A DNA stretch of 39,925 bases from NCBI GenBank assembly GCA_043813605.1, contig JBDRKX010000131.1, positions 1 to 39,925 of the forward strand. Reading direction: 5' to 3'. The position numbers were made by a program, and so were the translations under genes. The stretch comes from Elusimicrobiota bacterium (GTDB taxonomy: Bacteria; CG03; SLGR01; JBDRKX01). This document shows, one piece after another, positions 15,001 through 27,000 of this stretch (position 1 is the stretch's first letter; every line of letters begins with the position of its first letter). The notes beneath the pieces were generated by a model. The model saw only the letters and a program-made list of their open reading frames with translations, was not told the origin of the DNA and searched no databases.

Positions 15001-18000
15001 GAGTTCTATCTTCTCTTTTATCGCCTTTTGCGCTTCAGGCTCCAGAGGATTAAGGTACAGATCCTCGGTACGGTTTTTATTGTAGTAGTGCTCAACAACA
15101 TTAACTGCTTTTGGAATGGTAATGCATGCTGTCACTGTGAGCATAAGCGCTGAAACGAATATCACTACCATGTTCCTGAAAATGTTAAGTTTAGGTCTGG
15201 GGACTAATTCTTCAATTTTTTCAAGAGATTTCCGGGTTTCCCTGATAGCCTTAGGGGTGACTTTCCCTGTTTTTTTAATTACGGTTGCCTTTCTCGATAA
15301 AAGTCTTCTGGCTGATGCAAGACGCTGTTCACTATTCACCTTTTCATTCTCTAACGCAGCCTTTATCTCATTTTCGACTGTATGGGTAGGAAGCTTCGTA
15401 AAAATATCAGCGTCATAGCTTATCTTTTTACCATTTCTCTGGGCCAATCCTTCTTTAACTGAATTATCATAGAATCCTTCAGTTGCCTCTTTTATACCTG
15501 TTCTGATTTTCCTGGTAGAATCAATGGTTTTCCAGTCCTGGATTGATGAATAAACATGCTTCTTATAACTAAAGCGGATACCTACAGGAATATTATTTCG
15601 GACTATTGTATCATCTGCAAAAGACTCTATTAAACTGCGGTTTCTACTCTTAACATCAGGTTCAACAGCCCAAGGTGCTACAGTACATAATAATTTGTTA
15701 TATAGCGTTAACTCAACTGGTTCTTGTTTTGCGGCAGGTTCTATTACTTCCGATTCAGTTACAGGTGGCGCCCTTTCGATGCTCATTACCTTTGCCGAAG
15801 GCAGTCCCTGTCCCTGTTCTTCCGCCTCTTTTGTTTCAGTACGTACCAGTTCTATCCGGCCGAGCGCTTTACTTATACTTTGGAGGGCTTTTTTGCCGGG
15901 TTTGTTACCTTCGGACAGTTCATTTAATCCATTGTACCTGCTGTTCAATACACGGAGTGTCTTCTGAAGGCTTGCATCTGTCTGGGAAGCTGTTCTAAGT
16001 TTCTTATCATTTAAAACAGCTTTTATCCTTTGCTTAAGTTCTTCCAGTCCCAGACCGTATATATCGCTTAATTTTTCTTCCGGTTCTTCTTCTTCGGGTT
16101 TTCTTCTGCCCAGTCTTACCGTAAGGAAAGGCAGCAGCGCGGCTGACATGAATATCATGTTACGGTCTCCGGGAACACCGGTTTTCATCATGGATAATAA
16201 TTCTGATTCGACAGGTTCCTGCCTGGCCGGTTTTGTTTTACCTAACCTTTCCAGCGCTTCCAGCGCTTTCTTGTTTTCCCATTTTTCTGCCAGGCTTTTT
16301 AAGACTTCTTCGGCTTCTTTACTGTCTTTTGCCATTATTTCAAGCGCATCTGTCTTCATGTCCTGCAGCGCATCTTTGACTTTGGTATCCTTTTCTGCCA
16401 TTTTTTCCAGCACCATTCTGAATATATGCGTATCGCCTTCGGCTGCTATATTCACAATTTTATCCAGCGCTTTATCCACCTTATACTGTGAATAAAGTCC
16501 TATCAGGGTATTCACGGCCATCTGGTAATTTTTATCTGCAGCCATTGCTGCGAGTTTATCGAGATCAATACCCGCAACATCTTCGTGCGCTGTCTTAATG
16601 CCATACGACATATCCAGTGTTATCAGAAGCCCTAATGCCCTGAAATCTTTATCTCGGTAAAATATCTCCATCAGCTTGGAAGACGATTTTTCAGCCAGAA
16701 CTTTATCTTCTTTCTCTTTTGCGACTTTTTCCGCGAGACTGCCCAGTTCAAGTTCGGAAACCAGTTCCGGGCCTTTATCCACTTTATCCCTGGTATCCTT
16801 GATAATGCCTTTCTCTATCTTCCAGTCCTGTATCCAGGTTTTCACCATAGCAGAATCTATTTTCTTTATCTCTTCAAGCATCGAGCGCCAGTCGTCCAGA
16901 TGATACTGGATAAGTTTCGGTGCAATATATTCCATCGTTTTTGCCGCAAGATAGGGCTGCATGCCGTTAGGCACATTGTTCTCATACGAGAGTTTTGCCA
17001 GCCATATAACGGTATCCAGTGTCATCCGTTCTGCAGCAATATGCATCTCTATCCCGGATTCTCCATGCGGCCAGTATTCTTCAGGCGACAGTGTATATAT
17101 GGACACCTTCGTATCTTCCTTCTGAAGAGCGAGTATGCCTATTATCCGGTCTATCGACCTTTTAAGTTTCTCATCGTCTACTCCGTCTGCTATCAGTTTC
17201 TCTTTCAATAACGCCAGTTTTTCCTTTACTGCAGATTCATACCCATCATTTTCCGAATAGACCTGGCCAAGAAAGAATATTTCGGCAGGATCAAGATCGG
17301 CTGCATTCACTTGTGACAGATTATTGCCGGCAAGTTCCTGCCACCGTTCAGGCGTGACTATACTTCTGAGTTTTGACAGGGCATCTTCTTTTGTGCGGGT
17401 ATCATCTGCCGCATCGTTCCCCATCATGTATGTAAGGTAGATGTATTCGAGCGCTTCATTATACAAACCATCGGTATCATGCAGCGTCTTTGTTATCATC
17501 AGATACCCCAGCCTGTCAAAATACTCCACATTCTGGGTATAAGGAGGCCCTTCCGAAGGGTCTCTCCTGACCATGATACTCTGCCATCCCAGCCGGTGTT
17601 TTTGCAATATAAGAAAATGGAACAGGTGGCCCACTTCCGCCGGTACGGCATACATGCATCCTGCTATATAAGGCGCATCTACTGTCTTCAGCGCGTCTTC
17701 CTTGCCGTGAGTTATTATTCCTGCTCCGGACGGTGAAAAATGCGCGCCGCTCCATACCTGGGCGCTGGGATGGTTTATCCAGTGTACTCTTGCCAGCCGG
17801 TATTCCTCGCTCTTAGGCAGCACATCGTATATGTCCCGGGGAAACGTCCTGAGCGCGTCGGCATAGACCATTCCTATAAGGAACTGTTCTACATCGTTCG
17901 TGTCTATTTTCTGATCAGCAAGTATCCATTTAATCCTGTCTGCTTCTCTTTCCGCAAGATTATACTCTCTATCATATGTATCAGAGCCGACGATGCCCAT

Positions 18001-21000
18001 TATTATAAGGTTCTGCCACTGTTCCTGTATCCAACTGATAAGATCCTCATTGGAAGATGTCTTAACTCCCAGCCTGTCAAGCTCTTCAGCGATAACAGGG
18101 GCAAGTTCGTTTTTGAGCCAGTTGCCGTAATGCTCGATATATTTTGTCTTTTTCACATATTTCCTGTTAAGTATGTTGAACTTATCTATCAGGGGCTGGA
18201 ACGGGGCTTTTCCCATGATAGTATCGGTCCTGATATCTTTCATCAGGCCGTGAAGGAGTTCATCGACTTTATCGTCTGGAATAAGACCGTTCTTGGCGAT
18301 CTCTCTGAATATATACGCAGCCGCTTGAAAATCGATATGGATCTCAGAATTGGGTTCTATACCGTGCATATTGTCGGGATTTTCCAGCTGAGGCAGTTCA
18401 TCCAGGTAATCGTAATACCGTTTTAATGTTTCAGCTTTCTGTATTCTGACCCCATCGAAGAACGGTGTTTCCAGATGATTTTTAAATATATTGTCTTCTA
18501 TACCATCTATTACCTGGGGCAAGCCTTCTGATATCGCTTTAAGGCTGCCATGCCAATCCGAAACCATAACCATCACTTTTCTTACCAGCGACAGTCTTTC
18601 CCAGTAATCCCTGTTGAGTTTAGCAAACTCTTTTCTTTCTTCGCTGGTCAGCGGTTTTGCTTGCGCGTTCTTCATCCTTTCATCATATGCTCTTATCTTC
18701 ATCAGTATAGCGGTATAATCCATCCGCTCCAGGAGTTTTTCTTTTATCGGTTCAAGAACTTTTATCTGTTCATCGGCAAGATGCCTCGACGCCATAAAAT
18801 GCATCAGCCTGCTGGCTGGTTTATTATTACCCAGCCTTGTCATGAATTGGTCCTGCGTAAAACCTTCTCCAAGCTGTTCTTTCCAGAACTCCGCGCCGCC
18901 GGGGATGATCATCTTGCCTGATTCGTCGAACTTGAGATATCCGGCTCCCGAGCGGATGAACTGTGCCATCATCTCGTTGACAAATTCGCTAAGGAAATTC
19001 ACCTGAGGCACCATGTTCTTTATAAATGCAACCTGCTCTTCTTCCGTGAATATACGCGTACCTATGGAGTTGATGATACTTTCAAAATGTTTTCTTCTCT
19101 CCTTGAAGTTAAGTATCCATTTCAGATCGACTCTTTTAAGCATTTCTATACGCGCTGCGGGTTTAAGTACGCTCACATACTGTTCCTCTGTCCTGGTAAG
19201 AGGCCGGTCCATTTTTACTTCCGGCAGTCTCTGCACGAATTGTATCTGCGGCCCCCGGTTACCTGACACCATCATCTTGATCCTCTGCACCATCATCATC
19301 CTCACGGGCACAGGAACGAATTTCACTACAGCTCCCCATGTAAATGAAGCCAGTATCGACACTGAAACCAGTACTATAGACATTCTCTTAAGGTATTTTT
19401 TAAGTAATGTCGGTTTCCTTACACGGCTTTTTTCCAACGCGTACGCGCGTACCGACTGTTCCAGAGAATCATCCCAGTCTTCTTTTTTCAGCAATGCTCT
19501 TTCTTTTGCCAGTGTCCTTATGACAAGCCTTGTCAGTTCAAGAGCAATAATTTCGGCAGGTTGTGCTTCAAAATCCGCTATACTTACATAGACGGTGTTA
19601 TGGTTTAAATCAGCTGAACTTTTTACTGCCAGTCCTGTAGATTCTTCTCCCATATCGACCAGTACTATATTCGCTTTTTTAAGGAATTTCCTTGTGTTTA
19701 TCTTAGCATTGAACCTTCCCAGTCCTTCGGGCATCCTTACCTTCCAATGGCTCAGTAGATTCATCACTACCTTCAGCTTGGAATGATTACTCCTTAATTC
19801 GCTCTCTTTCCAGCCGGAAATGTCTCCCTGAAGCTTGTATCCAGTACTTTCTTCAAAAGCCTTCCTTGCAGCCGGATCTGTTATCAGTTCAGGATCCACT
19901 GCCGGCTTTTTTGCTGTATCTATCCTGTATTTTCTCTGGAAAGGTTTGGTAATATATATCCATATTGTCTGTATGACAGCATATTTAAGCAGCTTATGGT
20001 TCCAGTACCGCGTACGCATTGATTCATGTTCAGCAACTGTGACGGCCATAGATCTTTGAAGATCATTAAACGGTGCATAATAGATCTCCCGGCGCGGCCA
20101 TTTCCTCGCTTTCATGAGCGCATCTATCTCTTCTGTGGTAAGATATTTATAGAGATCGGCAGGATCGACCACAAGCCACGGGTTGAGCCATACTGTCGTG
20201 CCGGCATTGACCGCCAGACGCTTATCTTTAGCGTATTCGCCGAACCAGTCCAGATTTATCCTTGCTTCCGGATTATGTCTCTGTATTGTATTGATGTAGT
20301 AATCCATTATTTTATGATCAATAATATTTTCAGTGTTTGGTATTAATTTGTTTTCGTATATTCCTTCTATTACCGCCAGTATCTCAGTTTTCGATTTTTT
20401 GATCTCACCCGGCCGGCGCGGTACCTGTCTCTGGAATTTCCTTGAATAGCGGTAATCCCTCAAATACCTGAAAAACGCCTTTAGCGCGGCATAAGAGAAC
20501 ATCAGGACGATCCCTTTACCTATAAACGTTGTAGCCACAAAAAACCAGTGATCGGGTATAGAATACACGGTATCAAATCCGGCTATCCAGTTATAGAGAG
20601 ACAGGAAACCTTTATAGGAGAGCCACCCGCTGACTATGGCGGCGGCAGCAGTTTGGCGTATACTAAAAGCTTTCCCGGAATTTTTTTCTACTAACCGGTC
20701 CAGTTTCTTCTCGTACACAGTCAGCTTATCCAGTACGGACAGGCGCTTTAACCGCTTGGCCGCCTCCAGAGCAAGCTTCATGTTTTCATCTATCGCCTCT
20801 TGCGATACTTCCGGCTCCCGGCTGAGCAATATCGCCCTGTAAAGGAACAGCCTTGTTATAATACGCATTATCGCTGTATCTATGATTTCATATGAAATAT
20901 CTTTTTTCTCTTTACCGGCTTTTTCTACAGCTTTCAGTACAATTTCATTCGCATTTTCTGTTATACTTAAGATCCTGTCTCTTAACTCACTCAAGTTCTC

Positions 21001-24000
21001 ATCATCCAGATCCTGTTTAATGTACGAATCTATCATTTTTTCCGAAGCTATCTTATTCTGTTCATCCATTAACGCGGCAATGTTGTTTGCACGCCCAATA
21101 AGAAGTCTCTGGATATCCGAAGTCCCTTCATAGGTTTCCAGTACTTTTGCGTCCCTGACTAATCTTTCCATCGGGTAATCTTTTATGTATCCGGAGCCGC
21201 CAAAAAGATTAAGCGCGGTATTGGTTGTCCTTACTGTGCTTTCACTTGAATAGAGTTTGGCCATTGAAGCAAGAGTGACCAGCGCGTTTCTTTCACCGAC
21301 TGTATCCGAATCCATATCTTTAAGATATGAAGCATACTTTATAAGAACCTCGGAAGCCGCGATATCAAATCCCATATCCGAGAATTTTTTCTGTGTTACC
21401 GGGAACTCACTTATCGGCCTTCCGAACTGGATTCTGTTCTCTGTATATTCCCGGGCATTATCATAAGCCGCTTTTGATATACCCAGTCCCTGTGAAGCAA
21501 TACCGATGCGGCCGCCGGTAAGCATATAATAAACGATTTTAAAACCCTCACCGGGATTACCAAGCATGTTTTCAGCAGGAATCCGGCAATCATCAAATGC
21601 CAGGTCTCCCGTAGGTGATATATGCTGTCCCATTTTATCTTCGATACCTGTCACTGAAAATCCTTCTGTGTTCTTATTCACAAGAAAGGCGCTTATCTGT
21701 TTCTTCTGAGATTTATCTCCTCTATCAGTCACTGCAAAAACTAGATACCAGTCAGCAATACCTGCACTTGTGATAAATCGTTTTGTGCCGTTAAGTATAT
21801 AATGATCTCCGTCTTTGACAGCGCTAGTTGTCATATTCATAACATCAGAACCCGCATCCGGTTCTGTAAGAGCTATGCCGCTCAGCCTTCCAGTTGCAAG
21901 TTTGGATAGAATATTCTTTTTCTGTTCTTCTGTACCGAATTTGCTGATTGTATTCTGTACCGAACCGTTAACTAACAGGCCCACAGCCAGACCGGCAGAA
22001 CCGTAAGAAAGCAGCGTGAGTATCCGGTAGTAATAGTAGTTGAGAAGCTCCTGTCCATTGTACTCTTCCGGAGTGTTTATACCAAAGACACCCAAGTCAG
22101 CAAGTTTATCCATGACATCTTTGAAACTATCCGGTACAGATACGTCTTCCCCGTCAAACCCAGCCCCCTCTTTGTCCCATTCTTCGGCATTAGTTGCGAT
22201 TTCTTTATTTACAAACTTATTGATCTCTTTTTCCAGCATTGCCAGTACTTCAAAATATTTTTCCTGTAATTTTGGCAGATAATCTCCCGCAAGGTATACC
22301 GATATCCTTTCGACTTCCTTATCGTCATCAGGTTCGATATCTTCTTCGCGTTTTCTTAAAGCACCAGCAGCCAGAAAAAGTCCGAGTGAAGATTTAGAAA
22401 CGACATCTGTTACACCCGCATCTATCTTGAGTCGCTCTATTCTTTCAAGCGCACTTTCAATTTCTCTGATAGCCTTTTTAGTAACTTTTCTATTCTGTCT
22501 GAGAGAATCCTTTAATCCCTGTATCCGGCTCTTTAATGTCTTAACCGCTTTATCGTCTTTAAACCTGTCCGCGATCTCGCTGTCGTTTACAAATGTTTCC
22601 AGAGTTTCTATCAATGAACGTATGTTCTCGGCATCTGCCGGTACTTCAAGCTGTAGTTGCGTGGTTTCACGGGGTTGTGTTTCAAAAGCTTCCGGTATAA
22701 ACCATCTTATCTCTGAATCAAGGCCTATCTTTCCGGTTCCTTTATCCGGAACAACACCGTGGATCTTCTTTTTCATTGCCGGAAGGCTCATGGCATTTGT
22801 AAGGAATATTATCGGAATATCCTCGGCGAATATCTCCTGTATCCTGAAATAGATCTTCCTGCGTTCTTCCTGGTCGAATGTTTTCCTGCCTTCCTCAAGC
22901 AGTCTGTCCACTTCCTCATTAGCGTAAGATGACAGGTTAAACTCTTTCGGTTTTACTTTTGACGAATGAAAAAGATCAAAAAGATCAGGATCAGAACCTG
23001 TGCTGAATCCCAGCAGGAGCATCTCAAAATCCCTTTTGAAGACGCACTGGCTCAAGAGCGCTGACCATTCAAGTATCTTGATTTTCACCTTAGCGCCAAA
23101 AGCTTCGTAATCGTTCTGTATAAGAAGTGCTATGTTTTTCCTGGATTCATTAGTAACAAGATCTATCTCGAATTCCTCTCCGTTCTTTTCCCATATCCCT
23201 TTGCTGTTCTTCGACCAGCCCGCTTCCTGCATAAGCCGGGAGGCTTTTTCCAGGTTGAATTCAGGCTTTATATCTTTATTATACGCCCAGTTAGATTCTA
23301 TATAAGGTCCGTTTGCCGCTGTTCCCAGTCCCCAGAGAATAGTATCGACTATTTTCTCTTTATCAACTGCCAGGTCAAATGCTTTGCGCACCCTGGGATC
23401 TTCAAACCGCGGATCCTTATTATTCACAAATATACTTGTATAACCCGGTGTTACATAATGGTAGGTATTAAAATTATCAGTGAACCTGCTGTCTTGAGTC
23501 TTTTTCACTTTCTGGAAGGCGCTCAGGCCCACAGTATCAAGGTAGTCGCCGTATTTTGCTTCCAGAAACGCAGTAGTTTCGTCAGCTATTATCCTTACTA
23601 CTATCCTCTCGATCAACGGAGTACCTTTAAAATAATCCGGGTTTGCCACCAGCTCGATATACTGATTCGGAACCTGCCTCACAAACTTATAGGGTCCTGT
23701 ACCTACCGGGAACCGGCCCAACATGGAGTCCTGTATCGGCATGCCTGCTTCAAGCTCAGCTCCGAGTATGTGTTTAGGAAGTATGTTGAGGCTGGTGAAA
23801 CTGTTTATTGCCGGACTGAATACTTCCTTATAGTTAAACCGTATCGTATAATCATCGAGTATCTCTGCGCTGTCTATGAGCAGGTAATCCCCTGCATAAG
23901 AAGTAGGAGTCTTGGGATCTATCATTACCTTATATGAGAACATGACATCATGGGCTGTCAGTTCGATATTCTCATAAAGTTTCTTTCCCCTGTTAAAGAT

Positions 24001-27000
24001 AAGCTGCATTGATAATGGCTTTTTTACAGTTAGAATGGCGGATCGGAATTTTTCCGGAACTATATTCAGTATAGAGCTGATATCAGCGCCGGTTACTCCT
24101 TCTGTATATACAATCTTTAGAGTATTATCAGATACCTGCTGTATATCCGAAATATTCTTGCTCTCCTTGATCAATGAAGCCATATTTCTTAAGTTATTCA
24201 GATTCTCAATATTTTCGAGTAATGAATCTATAAGCACCCCGAATCGTCCAAGGTTCCTCTTCGCTTTAACAGCTTTTGCTATTGAAACCATATTTTTTTG
24301 AGGAATAATACCGGCTTCACTGATCACAACAAGCTTATCCAGCAGAGTTTTCTTTTTATAGCCGTTACTGTCACCCTGTTCATTTACGGCCTCATTGAGT
24401 TTTTTAACAATCCCGCTGATATTCTCATTAACTGAGGCCGTATCCGTATTGATACTATCTATCCCTTTTGTATCAGCTTCAGCGAGTATTCTTGAATAAT
24501 CTGTCTTTATCTGGCCCGGACTGTATCCCGATGGGAACCTGACATAAAAAACATTAGGATCAGACACAACCGTAAACGACTGCACTTTTTCTTTTCCTGC
24601 AAGACGTGAGAGATCCTGATTTTTTACTGATTCCGCAAGCTCATTGATATCTTTAACCTTGCTGTATGCAAATATTTCATCAAGGCCGGCCGATGTAATC
24701 TCAATGTCCTGTTTTGCATAGTCCGTTGCGGTTACAGGATGCCATTTTGTGCCTTTCTTAAGCTTAAATGTTATACTGAAACCGCCGTCATCGTTTTTAG
24801 TAACATCCCAGCTCTCGGCAAGTGAAGGAATGATCTCATCTTTATAGTTCATGCCTATAAGGGAACTATAGATATATCCTATTATACCGTGGGAAGCCGA
24901 ATCACTGGCAAGCGGAGGATTATATGTGGAAGGTTGTGCATTGTAGCCGTATTTCGTGCCGCCATATACGGGCGGGCCTCTGCCCCATGGTTCTGTTTCA
25001 TCTTCAAGCTTAAATACCTGCTCTTTAGTTGTTGGCAGGAACCTGTCCGTAAAATGAGGATGGAAAATAAAACTCAATACTATTGCCAGCGCTGATACTA
25101 CTGCGACGCCTTTTTTAACCCAGAACTTAACATCTTTCTTTCTTGTATCTGCCTTAAGGTCAAGCTTGGAATCAAGCGCGTCTCTTATCCCGTTACCTAA
25201 TAGTATGTACCCGAGTACTGTAATAAGTATTGCAACTCCGGGATATATAGAAAGCCACCAGGCGCTTCCCATTGCCACCCGGCCTGCATTGAGCAGGCCG
25301 CCCCAGGTAGGTGTCGGCGGCATTACGCCTATACCAAGATAACTGAGTGAGGTCTCTGTCAGGATAGCACCGGCTACACCAAGGCTTGCTGATATAAGAA
25401 CCTGTGTCAGCGCATTGGGGATCATGTGCCTTTTAAGTATCCTGGAGGTTTTTGTGCCCAGCGATTTGGCCGCATTGACAAAATCATCCTCACGCAGCCT
25501 TATTATCTCACCGCGCACAAGCCTGGCAATACCTGTCCAGCCCGTGAGACCGATAACTGCCATTATGATCCATATATTGGATCCCAGAATAGCAATCAGC
25601 GACAGTATAATAAAAAATGTCGGTATACTTAAGAATATATCTATAAACCGCGAGATCACCGCATCTGTTTTTCCACGGACATAACCGGCAACAGCTCCGA
25701 GCGTGACGCCTATACTGGTCGAAATAGAGACGGCCACAAATCCGATAAACAACGATATACGGGATCCGTAAATGAGACGGCTTAATACATCTCTTCCCAG
25801 TTCATCGGTACCCATGAGATGTTCTATTGAAGGACCTACAAGCTTATTTGCAGTATCCTGGAACAGCGGATCATAGGGCGCCAAGAGCGGAGCCAATGCC
25901 GCTATAGCGATCAACACTACTATCATTCCGGTCCCGAAAAGCGCGAGCTTGTTGTTTCTGAACTTATGCAGGAATATCTGCCATGTGCTTGAAGGACGAT
26001 TGCCTTCATCCCCGGTCAGTTCACGCTTTCTTGTATCAAATTCTTCTGCCACTTTAACATCCGGCTGGAAAAGGAGTTTAGAATATCCATGCTGCGGATC
26101 ATCAAATAAACTGTATACATCGTTATATTCAACTATTTTTCCCTGGTACATTACCGCCACATGAGTAGCAAGTTTTGCCACGACACCCAGATCATGGGTT
26201 ATGAGAAGTACTGAAAGCCCGAAATCATCTTTCAGCTCTTCGAGAAGATCAAGTATCTCACGCTGGGTTGTAACATCGAGCGCGGTTGTGATCTCATCTG
26301 CTATGAGAAGCCTCGGGTTCATGCTGAGCGCCATTGCAATAGTCGCACGCTGCTGCATACCGCCGGAGAGCTGGAACGGGTACATATCCATTATACTCTC
26401 CGGATTCTGAAGCTTTACCTTATCCAGCAGTTCTATTGCCCGTTTCTTTGCTTCTTCATCACTTACATCTTTATTATGTGTCTTTATCGCTTCTATCATC
26501 TGATTGCCGATAGTATACACCTCGTTCATGGAAGAAGGATTCTGGAAAACCATTGATATCTGATTTCCGCGCAGGCTCCTTATTTCAGCATCGGACATAG
26601 CGACAATATCCTGTCCTTCAAAGGTTATTTTACCGCCGTCTATATTTCCGGGTTCCTGGATAAGCTTCATTATGGACATGCCGCTTATCGATTTACCGCT
26701 TCCGGATTCTCCGACCAGCGCCATTACCTCGCCTTTTCTTATCTGAAAATTCGCGCCGTCAACCGCTTTTACGAGACCGTAACTTGTGTGAAAGTTTGTC
26801 TGGAGGTCCTCTATATCAAGAATAACCTCGCGATCGGGGTCAAGAGGTTTCCTCTCATATTTTGTAGGGTCAGGCTCAAGATATGCCCCGATGAGTTTCT
26901 TTGTATAATCTTCTCCCGGATTTTCATAGATCTCTTTTACAGAACCGCGCTCTACGATACTGCCTTGATACATCACAAGGACATCGTCGGCAAAATTCTT

